64,000 nt of DNA. Origin: Squalus acanthias (lineage: Eukaryota). Under the pieces are notes generated by a model. The model was given only the letters and a program-made list of their open reading frames with translations. It ran no database searches and had not been told where the DNA came from. A program made the position numbers and the translations under genes. The stretch lies in contig JASTWF010000035.1 in the NCBI GenBank assembly GCA_030390025.1, positions 1,240,001 to 1,304,000 of the forward strand, in the 5' to 3' direction. Positions 1 through 12,009 of the stretch are shown one piece after another; position 1 is the first letter of the stretch, and every line of letters begins with the position of its first letter.

Positions 1-2218
1 CCTGTCAGAATTTTATACACTTCTATGAGGTCCCCTCTCAATCTTCTAAACTCCAGTGTGTACATCCCTAAACTACATAGTCTCTCCTCATAGGTCAATC
101 CCGCCATTCCTGGTATCAGCCTGGTGAATCGCCGCTGCACCCCCTCCATGGCAAGAACATCTTTCCTCAGATGAGGCGACCAAAACTGTACACAGTACTC
201 GAGGTGTGGTCTCACCAGTGCCCTGTACAGCTGCAGCAAGGTATCCCTGTTCCTGTATTCCAACCCTTTTGCTATGAAGGACAGCATACCGTTTGCCTTC
301 TTGATCGCCTGTTGCACCTGCATGCTCGCCTTCAGTGACTGGTGTACAAGAACACCCAGGTCTCTCTGTACTTCCCCCTCTCCCAATTTATTGCCATTTA
401 AATAATAATTTGCCCTCCCGTTCCTGCACCCAAGGTGGATAACTTCGCACTTGTCCACATTATAGTGCATCTGCCATTTATCCGCCCAATCACCCAGTCT
501 GTCCAAATCGCTCTGGAGCTTCCTGGTCTCCTCCTCTGAGCCCACCCCCCCTCCTAGTTTAGTGTCGTCTGCAAATTTGGAAATGCTGCATCCGACTCCC
601 TGGTCCAGGTCATTAATGTAAGTTGTGAACAGCTGGGGACCCAGTACAGATCCCTGTGGTACCCCACTTGTTACTGCCTGCCATTCAGAAAATGAGCCGT
701 TTATTCCAACTCTCTGTTTTCTATCTGACAGCCAGTTCTCTATCCACGTCAATACTTTCCCCTTTATCCCATGAGCTTCAATTTTCCATGCTAATCTTTT
801 ATGTGGGACCTTGTCGAAGGCCTTTTGGAAGTCCAGGTACACCACATCTACTGGCTCTCCCCCATCTATTTTACCAGTTACTCCCTCAAAAATTCCAATA
901 GATTAGTCAAGCACGATTTACCCTTTGTAAATCCATGTTGACTCTGTCCTATCCTGTCCCCATTTGCTAAGTGCTCCGCTATTTCATCCTTAATGATGGA
1001 CTCCAGCATTTTGCCCACAACTGATGTAAGGCTTACAGGTCTGTAATTACCTGCTTTTTCCCTACCCCACTTTTTGAATAGTGGGGTAACGTTAGCTACC
1101 CTCCAATCCATGGGCACTGTTCCCGAGTCTAATGAATTCTGAAAAATCATACTTAGTGCATCCGCTATCTCTAGGGCCACCTCCTTCAGCACCCTAGGAT
1201 GCATGTTATCAGGCCCTGGGGATTTGTCCGCCTTCAATCCCTTTAGCTTCCTTAACACCATATCCTTAGAGATATTGACTTGCGTCAGTTCCTCCTTTGC
1301 AAATGTCCCTATTTTTCCCGATATCCCAGGGAGGTTTTTTGTGTCTTCATTCGTAAAGACTGACCCAAAGTATGCATTTAGTTGGTCTGCCATTTCTTTA
1401 TTTCCCGTTATATATTCCCCCGTATCTGACTGCAATGGGCCAACTTTGGTTTTCACCAGTCTTTTCCTCTTGATATACTTATAAAAGCTTTTGGAGTTAG
1501 TTTTTATATTTTCCGCCAGCTTGCTTTCGTAAGCTATTTTGCCCCTCTTGATTAAGCCCTTTGTCCTCCTTTGCTCTATCTTAAACTGTTCCCAATCTTG
1601 CGCTCTGGCGCTTTTTTTGGCTATTTTATACGCCCTATCTTTGGATTTTATGCTGTCTCTAATTTCCCCTGTTATCCACGGTTGAGTCACCTTTTTAGAT
1701 TTCCTTTTATGCCAGATTGGTATAAACAATTTTTGCAATTTTGTCATTCTATCTTTAAATGCTTGCCATTGTTTATCTACCTCCAGTCCTCCCAGGAACG
1801 TTGTCCAATCAGACCTACTCAGTTCCCGTCTAATGGCATCATAATTCCCCTTGTTTAAATTCAGGACCTTAGTATCTGAGTCAATTTCTTCGCTCTCCAT
1901 TTCGAGTGAGAAATCGATCATGTTATGATCGCTCTGACCCAAGGGTCCCCGTACAACAAGATTACTAATTAGTCCCTTCTCATTGCACAGTACCCAGTCC
2001 AATATAGCCTGTTCCCGAGTTGGTTCCTCGACATATTGATCCAGATAACCATCCCTTAAACACTCAAGGAATTCCTCCTCCTCATTATTTTTACTGATTA
2101 GGCTATTCCAATCTATATGTAAGTTAAAGTCACCTATGATGACAGCTGTGCTCTTATTGCACGCTTCTCTAATTTCCCTCGTGATGCCCTCCCCAACCTC
2201 TATTTTACTATCGGGCAA
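1..2218 (-). mobile_element. CR1 LINE ORF2 fragment (APE endonuclease + RT), frameshifted near 885
   Basis: [27 protein letters not shown] motifs; RT C-terminus continues to the window start. Confidence 0.93.
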
Positions 2219-2278
2219 TCTGAACTTTAAAAATCCCCATGAAGTGCCGTTCAATCTTGCCTCCATTTAAATGGCGAC

Positions 2279-3177
2279 TAGATACAGAGTAAAGCCCCCT
2301 CTACACTGTCCCATCAAATACTCCCAGGGCAGGTACAGCTCAGTTTAGATACAGAGTAAAGCTCCCTCTACACTGTCCGATCAAACACTCCCAGGGCAGG
2401 TACAGCTCGGGTTAGATACAGAGTAAAGCTCCCTCTACACTGTCCCATCAAACACTCCCAGGGCAGGTACAGCACGGGTTAGATACAGCGTAAAGCTCCC
2501 TCTACACTGTCCCATCGAACACTCCCAGGGCAGGTACAGCATCGGTTAGATACAGAGTAAAGCTCCCTCTACACTGTCCCATCAAACACTCCCAGGGCAG
2601 GTACATCATGGGTTAGATACAGAGTAAAGCTCCCTCTACACTGCCCCATCAAACACTCCCAGGGCAGGTACAGCACGGGATAGATACAGAGTAAAGCTCC
2701 CTCTACACTGCCCCATCAAACACTCCCAGGGCAGGTACAGCATCGGTTAGATACAGAGTAAAGCTCCCTCTACACTGTCCCATCAAACACTCCCAGGGCA
2801 GGTACAGCACGGGTTAGATACAGAGTAAAGCTCCCTCTACACTGTCCCAGCAAATACTCCCAGGGCAGGTACAGCACGGGTTAGATACAGAGTAAAGCTC
2901 CCTCTATACTGTCCCATCAAACACTCCCAGGGCAGGTACAGCACGGGTTAGATACAGAGTAAAGCTCTCTCTACACTGTCCCATCAAACACTCCCAGGGC
3001 AGCTACAGTACGGGGTTAGATACAGAGTAAAGCTCCCTCTATACTGTCCCATCAAACACTCCCAGGGCAGGTACAGCACGGGTTAGATACAGAGTAAAGC
3101 TCCCTCTACACTGTCCCATCAAACATTCCCAGGGCAGCTACAGCACGGGTTAGATACAGAGTAAAGCTTCCTCTACA
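2279..3177. repeat. 67-bp minisatellite, ~13.4 copies
   Basis: Unit TAGATACAGAGTAAAGCTCCCTCTACACTGTCCCATCAAACACTCCCAGGGCAGGTACAGCACGGGT at 2279, 2346, 2413 and onward. Confidence 0.95.
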
Positions 3178-3270
3178 TTTTCCCCTCAGTCTTGAATCAG
3201 TAAAGCTGCTCTTACCATGTTGAGATGTCACTTCAGTAACTGGTATTTTCTGTATTTGTTTTACCCTCAG

Positions 3271-3363
3271 GACTGTTCGGACCCCTGCTGTGAGGCATCG
3301 ACTTGTGGACTCAAACCTGGTGCAGAATGTCCATCCACTGGTGCCTGCTGTGAGAACTGCAAA
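3271..3363 (+). CDS. ADAM15: ADAM metalloprotease (ADAM15-like) internal exon, disintegrin domain N-part
   Basis: Acceptor ttaccctcag| and donor |gtaagg; phase 0-0. Translates DCSDPCCEASTCGLKPGAECPSTGACCENCK. The CxSxGxCC spacing matches ADAM15 (CASDGPCC) rather than ADAM9/12 (CAxGxCC). Paralog assignment is from memory and moderate. Confidence 0.85.
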
Positions 3364-4038
3364 GTAAGGTCTCACTGGGTCACTCTGTGCCATACAGAGC
3401 AGGTCTGGGTACAAGCAGGGTGTTGGGGGACTGGGTGATGTCATAGCTTAAACACTGCTCGCTCACCTTTGGGCCTGGGTTAAAAACCAGCCCAGACCGA
3501 TGGGATGAGAGTTTCTTCTCACAGCTGACCATAAGGACCATATTCTCCCCAAACACTAAACTGTCCCTAATTTGCTGACAATCTCGGAGACACAAGAAAG
3601 CCGTTCCGTTTCACGGCCAGGAATTCTGAACCATCAATACCTTGCTTGGGGAGCCAGCAACTCCCGCCTCTGTTTTACTGCCGAGTTTCCCGATCCCCAG
3701 GAACCCGTGCAGTATTATTAATTTCAGTTTGGGTTCCCTATTGCACTGCAGGAGCCCAATTTAAATATGTTAACAAGCATCCTGCCTCTCCACGGCGGGA
3801 CACTTGGACGCTCCTATCAGCCACTGAGAAAATGGCGACGAGCATGTACACGGCGTGTTGGGTTGGGTTATGCACATTTCACTTTTTAACCTCCACCCCC
3901 CAGCTCCCCCCCACCCCAATCGTCTCCCACCCATTGCGGGAGGCAGGGGGTTAATATCGAGGCCATAGTGCGGGACTGGAATCACGTGTATGCCAGCGCT
4001 GGTAGGGGTGACAAGTTCCCTTCCCCAAATGACATGCT

Positions 4039-4743
4039 GGGATTTTAGTGAACCAGTTGGATTTTAGTGAACCAGCTGGGTTTTTAGTCAATCAGTTGGG
4101 TTTTTAGTGAACCAGTTGGGATTTTAGTGAACCAGTTGGATTTTTAGTGAACCAGTTGGTATTTTAGTGAACCAGTTGGGATTTTGGTGAACCAGTTGGA
4201 TTTTTAGTGAACCAGTTGGGATTTTAGTGAACCAGTTGGGTTTTTAGTGAACCAGTTGGGTTTTTAGTGAACCAGTTGGGATTTTAGTGAACCAGTTGGG
4301 TTTTTAGTGAACCAGTTGGGTTTTTAGTGAACCAGTTGGGATTTTAGTGAACCAGTTGGGATTTTAGTGAACCAGTTGGGTTTTTAGTGAACCAGTTGGG
4401 ATTTTAGTGAACCAGTTGGATTTTTAGTGAACCAGTTGGGATTTTAGTGAACCAGTTGGGATTTTAGTGAACCAGTTGGGATTTTAGTGAACCAGCTGGG
4501 ATTTTAGTGAACCAGTTGAGATTTTAGTGAACCAGCTGGGATTTTTGTGAACCAGTTGGGTTTTAAGTGAGCCAGTTGGGATTTTAGTGAACCAGTTGGG
4601 ATTTTAGTGAACCAGTTGGGTTTTAAGTGAGCCAGTTGGGATTTTAGTGAACCAGTTGAGTTTTTAGTGAACCAGTTGGGTTTTTAGTGAGCCAGTTGGG
4701 ATTTTAGTGAGCCAGTTGGGTTTTTAGTGAACCAGTTGGGTTT
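4039..4743. repeat. 20-bp minisatellite, ~35 copies
   Basis: Unit GG(A/T)TTTTAGTGAACCAGTTG. Confidence 0.95.
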
Positions 4744-4767
4744 GCAGTAAAAGTCCTGCAGCTTTCA

Positions 4768-6176
4768 AGACCGGTAAGCCTGACATCGGTAGTGGGGAAA
4801 ATGCTAGAGTCCATTATAAAGGATGTAATAGCTGAGCATTTGAAAAACAGTGACAGGATCGGACAAACTCAACATGGATTTACAAAAGGTAAATCGTGCT
4901 TGACTAATCTACTGGAATTTTTTGAGGATGTAACTGGGAAAATAGATAAGGGAGAACCAGTAGATGTGATGTATTTGGACTTTCAAAAGGCTTTCGATAA
5001 GGTCCCGCATAAGAGATTAGCGTGTAAAGTTAAGGCACATGGGATTGGGGGCAAGGTATTGACTTGGATAGAGAACTGGTTGGCGGACAGAAAGCAGAGA
5101 GTAGGAATTAATGGGTCTTTTTCCGAGTGGCAAGCAGTGACTAGTGGGGTACCACAGGGATCGGTCCTTGGACCCCAGCTATTCACAATATAGATTAATG
5201 ATCTAGATAAGGGAATTAAATGTAATATCTCCAAGTTTGCAGATGACACAAAGCTGGGTGGGAGTGTGTGCAGCGAGGAGGATAGCGAGAAACTCCAGGA
5301 TGATCTGGACAGGTTGGGTGAGTGGGCAGAAGCGTGGCAGATGCAATATAACGTGGATAAGTGCGAGGTTATCCACTTTGGTGTCAAAAACAGAAAGGCA
5401 GACTATTATCTGAATGGCAATAGATTGGGAGAAGGGGAAGTGCAACGAGACCTGGGTGTCCTTGTGCACCAGTCGCTGAAAGTAAGCATGCAGGTGCAGC
5501 AGGCGGTGAAGAAGGCAAATGGTATGTTGGCCTTCATAGCGAAAGGGTTTGAGTACAGGAACAGGGATGTCCTGCTGCAGTTGTACAGGACCTTGGTGAG
5601 ACCACACCTTGAGTACTGTGTGCAGTTTTGGTCGCCTTATCTGAGGAAGGATGTTCTTGCCATGGAAGGAGTTCAGCGAAGATTCACAAGGCTGATACCT
5701 GGGATGGCAGGAATGACATATGAGAAGAGATTGGGTCGATTGGGCTTATACTCACTGGAGTATAGAAGAATGAGAGGGGATCTCATCGAAACATATAAAA
5801 TTCTGACAGGTCTGGACAAACTAGATGCAGGAAGAATGTTCCCGATGGTCGGAGAGTCCAGAACCAGGGGTCATAATCTACGGATAACGGGTAAACCATT
5901 TAGGACAGAAATGAGGAAGAATTTCTTCACCCAGAGAGTGGTGAACCTGTGGAATTCTCTACCACAGAAGGTAGTTGAGGCGAAGTCATTAAATATATTC
6001 AAGGATGAGTTAGATATATTTCTTAAAGCTAAAGGGATCAAGGGATATGGGGAGAAGGCAGGGACAGGGTACTGAGTTTAGATGATCAGCCATGATCTCA
6101 TCGAATGGCGGAGCAGGCTCGAGGGCCGAATGGCCTACTCCTGCTCCTATCTTCTATATGTTTCTATATGTTTCTA
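4768..6176 (+). mobile_element. CR1 LINE, 5'-truncated (RT + 3' UTR)
   Basis: [10 protein letters not shown] and FADD motifs, one nonsense codon at 5191, CR1 3' UTR hairpin and (TATGTTTC)n tail. Confidence 0.93.
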
Positions 6177-6499
6177 CAAGCTCATTTTTCCTGGTGCCAA
6201 CCCCAAAATTATCAGATTTACTGAATTCAGTTTCACAAATTGGTATTTGAACTCTTGCTCTGTTTTGCTAGTCCAGTGCCAGAACCACTGGGCTACTGCA
6301 CCCTGAGTACCTTGTACATTCCTGACCCCTGAATACAGATTACCAACTTCACCCAAAATACTGAACACCCAGACACGTCACATATAACACACCTGACTGT
6401 CCAGGCATTTACAGATTTACTTTCAACTCACTCCTTCCCTGTCAGAAAAATTGCCCAATTAAAATGTCAGCACGTTTCATTGCTGCCTTTGTGCTGCAG

Positions 6500-6695
6500 T
6501 TTATTTCAGCGGGAACAATTTGTCGGCCGTTGATGGGAGAATGTGACTTGCCAGAGTTCTGTACGGGCAGCTTCTCGGATTGCCCCAGCAATACGTATGT
6601 GAAAGATGGCCGCCCATGCAGTAACGGAAACTTGTACTGCAGCGAGGGGGTCTGTCAGTCTGCGGATAAACAGTGCAAGGAGATCTGGGGTGACG
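6500..6695 (+). CDS. ADAM15: ADAM15-like exon: disintegrin loop and start of cysteine-rich domain
   Basis: gtgctgcag|TTT...GAC G|gtgagt; phase 0-1. FISAGTICRPLMGECDLPEFCTGSFSDCPSNTYVKDGRPCSNGNLYCSEGVCQSADKQCKEIWGD contains the ADAM CDLPEFC motif. Confidence 0.9.
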
Positions 6696-7024
6696 GTGAG
6701 TACAGGCTACCAGAATTCTCCATACTGTTACAGCACAGTCCCACTCATGCACTCAGCATGAGCTTTGTCAAGTGTTCGTATGTGATTGGATGGATGCCCT
6801 GAGCCTCAAAGCACCCACAATTCCCTGCGAATCCATGATCCCAACCTTGCCGACAGAGTCTGTACGGGAGTGAGAGCAGGCGGCTGGAGAAAAATCAAAA
6901 CACGTACAATTGGCACTATGTTGGCACGAGCCAGGAAGGGGAATGGAAATGACAAACTAATGCAGTGGGTGTGCTGGGGATCAGTGGTTGGCTTAAAAGG
7001 ATCACAAACTCTGTTCCTTAGCTA

Positions 7025-7646
7025 CTGACTCCATCCCTCTCCCTGGCAATGTCTGAGGCTGAACCAGACTATTCGCAACCTTGCTGTCATATTTGACCCC
7101 GAGATGAGCTTCCGACCACATATCCGCGCCATCACTAAGACCGCCGATTTCTACCTCTGTAACATTGCTCGACTCTGCCCCTGCCTCAGCTCATCTGCTG
7201 CTGAAACCCTCATCTATGCCTTTGTTACCTCTGAACTTGACTACTCCAACACATGCCTGGCCAGCCTCCCATCTTCCACCCTCCATAAACAGAGGCCATC
7301 CAAAACTCTGCTACTCGTAGAATCATAGTCATAGAGTCATAACGGCACAGACGGAGGCCATTCGGCCCATCTAGTCCGTGCTGGCTCTCTGTAGAGCGAT
7401 CCATTCAGTCCCATTCCCCCGCTCTATCCCCGTATCCTAACTCACACTAAGTCACGTTCACCCATCACCCCTGTGCTCCTTGATCTACATTGGCTCCCAG
7501 TTAAGCAACGCCAAGATTTTAAAATACTAATCCTTGATTTCAAAACCTTCCCTATCTCTGTAGCCTCCTCTCGTCTTACGCACCTGTGAAGCGCCTTGGG
7601 AAGTTTTACTACGTTAAAAGCGCTATCTATATACAAGTTGTTGTTG
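7025..7646 (+). mobile_element. L2 LINE 3' fragment with a nested CR1 3' end (-, ~7320-7434)
   Basis: AAETLIYAFVTSELDYSN and LHWLP motifs; L2-type end GTGAAGCGCCTTGGG...AAGTTGTTGTTG. Confidence 0.8.
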
Positions 7647-7879
7647 CATTTGCGTCAGTCCCTTTGTCTCGCTTGTTCTCTCTATTTCACGCTTTCTGTT
7701 TCTCTGTCATTCACATTCTCCCACACTCCCTTTCATTCTCACTCGGGGGCAGGCTGTGGAGCAGTCTCATGTGGAGCACAAAGTGGTCTGCACAGAGCGG
7801 GATTAAATGGACTGGACTTGAACAGAATGTTTTATTTCGGAATTTGGAAAGAGTGGGAATTCGGAGAAGAGGGGGAACG

Positions 7880-8095
7880 AGCAAGTGGTGATGACCTGGA
7901 ATTTGTTGCCGACGGGAGTGGTGGAGGCGGAGACACTCAATGTTTTCAAGGGGAGACTGGATAGGCACTTGAGGGAAATAAACTTGCAGGGCTACGGGGA
8001 TAGAGCAGGGGAATGGGACTGACTGGATTGCTCTACAGAGAGCCGGCACGGAGTTGATGGGCCGAATGGCCTCGTTCTGTACCATTATTACTCTA
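7880..8095 (+). mobile_element. CR1 3' end fragment
   Basis: Degenerate WN.LP..VVEA...GYG coding end plus 3' UTR GGGCCGAATGGCCT. Confidence 0.75.
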
Positions 8096-8096
8096 T

Positions 8097-8233
8097 GGAC
8101 TGGATTTTCCAAGCCCCGAGGAAGCGGGCATGGAGGCGGGACAGCCGGTATACTCGGAGAAAGTGGGGGCGGATGGTAAAGCCGCCCCCATCCTGCCTCT
8201 GTGCCTTTTGCCAGGAGGTGGGAAGATGTGCAG
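8097..8233 (-). mobile_element. Orphan terminus of the 16617-17451 Harbinger-type MITE family
   Basis: Reverse complement of 17313-17451; begins GGACTGGATTTT. Confidence 0.8.
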
Positions 8234-8527
8234 TACTCCAAGTGTGGTCTCACCAAGGTTCGATACAGGTTTAGCATAACTGCCCTACTTTAGAATTCTA
8301 TCCGTCTAGAAATAAACCCTAGTGCTTGGTTTGCTTTTTTATGGCCTTGCTAACCTGTTTTCGCAACTTTTAGTGATTTGTGTATTTGTACTCTGAGATC
8401 CCTTTGTTCCTCTACCCCACCTAGACTTACACCCTCCAAGCGATAAGTGACCTCCCTATTCTTCCTACCAAAATGTAATACCTCATATTTATCTGCGTTG
8501 AACTTCATTTGCCAATTATATGCCCTT
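8230..8527 (-). mobile_element. CR1 RT fragment
   Basis: WQMKFNADKYEVLHFGRKN and YRTLVRPHLEYC. Confidence 0.85.
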
Positions 8528-8919
8528 TTAGAAGAGATAGGCAAAATGGAAAAGGAGGAGGGGTAGACCTGATAATAAAGGATGGGATAAAGATAGTAGA
8601 GAAAGGATCTTAGCTTCGAAAATTAAGAAGTAGAATCAGTTTGGGTGGAACTAAGAAACAGCAAGGGGCAGAAAACATTGGTGGGAGTTGTTTATAGGCC
8701 CCCAAACAGTAGTTGTAATGTAGGGCAGAGTATAAATCAGGAAATTAGAGGCGCATGTAACAAGGGTAATACAGTAATCATGGGGGACTTTAATCTACAT
8801 ATAGACTGGGCAAAGCAAATTTGCAGTAATAGTGTGGAGGATGAATTCATGGAATGTATGCAAGATAGTTTTCTAGATCAGTATGTTGAGGAACCAAACA
8901 GGCTATTTTAGATCCAGTA

Positions 8920-10651
8920 CAAAAAGAAAATACTGCAGATGCTGGAAATCTGAAATAAAAACAGAAAATGCTGGAGATACTCAGCAGGTCAGGCAGCATC
9001 TGTGAAGAGAGAAACAGAGTTAATGTTTCAGGTCGATGACCTTTCGTCAGAACTGGAAAAAAGCAGGAAATGGAACAGATTTTTAAGCAAGTGTAGGGGC
9101 TGGGAAAGGGGGGAGGGGATGAAAAAACAAGAGGGAAGGTCTATGATAGGATAGAAGGCAGGAGAGGTTAAGAGACATTGGGGGAAAAATTCAGTTGGTT
9201 GCGCCTCCCGTTAGCGCCTTAAGAGGGCGCTAATGGGGCGCAAAGCAGCTAGCGCCCGGGCGCAGCGATGTTTGCGCCGCTCGCGAACTTAACTAGACAT
9301 TTTGCGGCGGCGCTAAACTTTATCGCCGCGGTCTCCTGCGCCGGCAGATCATGACGTCACTCGAGTGCGCAACGCCCCGGTATCGCCCCGGAGCGGATAT
9401 TGAGTAGCGCCCCCTGCCTTACCGCCTGACGCTAGCAACGACAGGTTGAGGGGAGCGTTCTGCAGTCATGAAGGGAAAGGGGGAGCGCTATTTAAAGGTG
9501 ACCGCTTCCTGCCTTTTATTGTTGGTGCCATTTTTGAACTACGCATTCTGAGAGAGAGAGGGAGAGACTTCTGGAGAGATTCAATGTTGTGTGAAGGAGT
9601 TTTGGGTACCGAGCAGCACTTTGCAGGTTCATTTTGATTTGCCATTCCTTGTATCGATTTAGCAGAGACTGTGGGAGCTGCACTCTGAGCTCTTTGCCTG
9701 GTACTCTCCATTGTTCTTTCCAGCAGATTTGATGTGCAGGTCTCTCCAGGCTGAGATTCAAGGCTGCAATGAACAGGATGTGGATGGAAAGCAAGATTAA
9801 CCATCCCCTTTACGAACTGGCCCATGCCATTGTGTGTGTGTTCCATTGCTGACTGACATCACATGAGCTTCGCCAGCGCTCTGAGGTAGCGCCTCGCTCC
9901 TCGGCCTTTGCGCCTTAAGACAGGTGTGAAGCGCCTGATTTAGCGCTCCAATCACCTCCAGGGCGATAAAAGTCAAGTTTGCAGTCGGTGGCGATAATTA
10001 GCGCCAGGCGCTAATCTTTGCGCCCGGCCGATATTTGCGCCCCAAACGGGGCGCGACTGAATTTTTCCCCCATTAAGAGATTTTCAAGGCAAAAGGAGAT
10101 GGTAATGGGACAGGTTAAGAAACAAAGGATGGCTCTAGATGAAGTGTAAATTGCGCTGGCAGAATGAAAGACAGCTGCCATGTGGGAGAGAAGATGGAAG
10201 GCACAAACAAAAAGTGTGGATAAAATATATTTGTATGATAGGGGCCGAGGTTATGAACTGAAATTGTTGAACTCTATGTTGAGTCCAGAAGGTTGTAAAG
10301 TGCCTAATTGAAAGATGAGGTGCTGTTCCTCGAGCTTATGCTGAGCTTCAGTGGAACAATGCAAGAGGCCGAGGACGGTGAGGTCTGAGTGGGAGTGGAA
10401 TGGAGAATTAAAGTGACAGGCGACCGGAAGGTCGGGGTCCCCCTTACGGACTGAACGGAGCTGTTCCGAAAAGCGGTCACCCAAACTGTGTTTGGTCTCC
10501 CCAGTGTTGAGGTGACCACATCGTGAGCATCTGTTCCATTTCCTGCTTTTTTCCAGTTCTGACGAAAGGTCATCGACCTGAAATGTTAACTCTGTTTCTC
10601 TCTTCACAGATGCTGCCTGACCTGCTGAGTATCTCCAGCATTTTCTGTTTT
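8920..10651 (-). mobile_element. Penelope-like element 3' fragment (GIY-YIG C-terminus) with ~125-bp inverted termini
   Basis: 10251-10520(-) GETKHSLGDRF...HFNS...LEEQHLIFQLGTLQPSGLN. Inverted arms ~8955-9080 / 10529-10657. 16-bp TSD TATTTTAGATC(C/T)AGTA at 8904 and 10652. Confidence 0.85.
9180..10071 (-). mobile_element. Non-autonomous Harbinger (MITE), derivative of the 26055-30328 family
   Basis: TIR GGGGGAAAAATTCAGT / ACTGAATTTTTCCCCC; TSD ATT; both subterminal regions match the ends of 26055-30328 in reverse. Confidence 0.9.
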
Positions 10652-11725
10652 TATTTTAGATCTAGTATTGTGCAATGAGAAAGAGTAAATTAATAACCTT
10701 GTAGTAAAGGGGCCATTAGGGAAGAGTGACCATAATATGATAGCATTTTATATTGAGTTTGAAAGTGATTTAGATAAATCTGAAACTAGGGTCTTAAATC
10801 TAAACAAAGCAAACTATCTAGGTATGTGGGGCGAGTTGGCTAAGGTAGATTTGGAAACTACATTAAAAGGTATGATGGTAGACGAGCATTAATAAAGAAT
10901 TAATACATAATTTATGACAAATATACATTCCTTTAAGGCAAGAAAACCCCACAGGAAAAGTGGTCCAACCGTGGCTAACAAGAGGAGTTAAAGATAGTAT
11001 TAGATCAAAGGAAGAGGCTTATAATATTACCAAAAAGGGTAGTAAGTCTGAGGATTGGGAGGATTTTAGAATTCAGCAAAGGAGGATCAAGAAATTGATA
11101 AATAAAGGGACATTAGAATATGAGATTAAACTAGCGAGAGACATAAAAACAGATTGTAAAAGCTTCTATAGGTATGTAAAATGGAAAAGATTAGCCAAAG
11201 TAAATGTGGGTCCCTTACAGGCTGAGACAGGAGAAATTATAATGGGGAATAAGGAATTGGCTGAGAAATTAGACAAATACTTTGGCCGCGATTTTGCCGG
11301 CGCTCAGAGGGCAGGTTTGGAGGTGGATCAGATGGTAAAATCGCAAATATTGATGGCGGGTTCCGATCCTGCCGTCAACCCGCCTCCGCGCAACTTTCCC
11401 AAATGCGGGCTCCCTGACTCCCGACAGCTTGTTAACTGCCTAGATAATGCTATTTTGACAGCGGTTTTTGATTTTTCCACATTTTCAGCGTGTTCCACGC
11501 CGTTCCCAAACCACGCAGCTGATTGTGCCGGGTTCACCAAGTGACTGACTTCTTGACAGCTGCAGCTCCAGCATAAAAACGGAGCTCTCAACAAGGCTCA
11601 CTTACAGATGACAGAACTTTGTTTTTTCAGGATGCTGCCTGGCCTGCTGAGTGTTTCCAGCATTTTCTGTTGTTTGCTTTTTCAGGTCTTGGAAAACCTT
11701 TTACAGGTCTACTGATCTTGTAAGT

Positions 11726-11911
11726 CATGATGCGGAGATGCCGGTGTTGGACTGGGGTGGACAAAAATGAGAAGTCGCACAACACCAGGTTATAGTCCAA
11801 CAGTTTTATTTAAAATTACGAGCTTTCGGAGCTGCTGCTCCTTCGTCAGGTAGAGGTACAGTAATTTTAAATAAAACTGTTGGACTATAACCTGGTGTTG
11901 TGCGACTTCTC
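11726..11911 (-). mobile_element. Short Penelope-type inverted insertion (type B)
   Basis: 12-bp TSD GATCTTGTAAGT (11714, 11912); ~51-bp inverted arms; homologous to 31578-31798. Confidence 0.8.
11817..11852 (-). ncRNA. Minimal hammerhead ribozyme motif (type B)
   Basis: UAC-CUGACGA-A-GGAGC(AGCA)GCUCC-GAAAGCUC-GUA: core, stem II, palindromic AGCU, CUC cleavage triplet, 3-bp stem I. Confidence 0.65.
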
Positions 11912-12009
11912 GATCTTGTAAGTGGTGAAGCTGGGATCTGTGACCTCCTGGGAAAACCCTCTCCCCACATTTACTGAGCACTTCCTCAACTGAGATATCT
12001 ACCAGCAGC

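Noticed and set aside
3436..3520. tRNA-like B-box sequence (CCTGGGTTAAAAACCAGCC)
   Set aside because: No cloverleaf; at most a decayed SINE head.
2279..4743. CRISPR-like appearance of the tandem arrays
   Set aside because: Head-to-tail repeats with no unique spacers, no cas genes, and a eukaryotic context.
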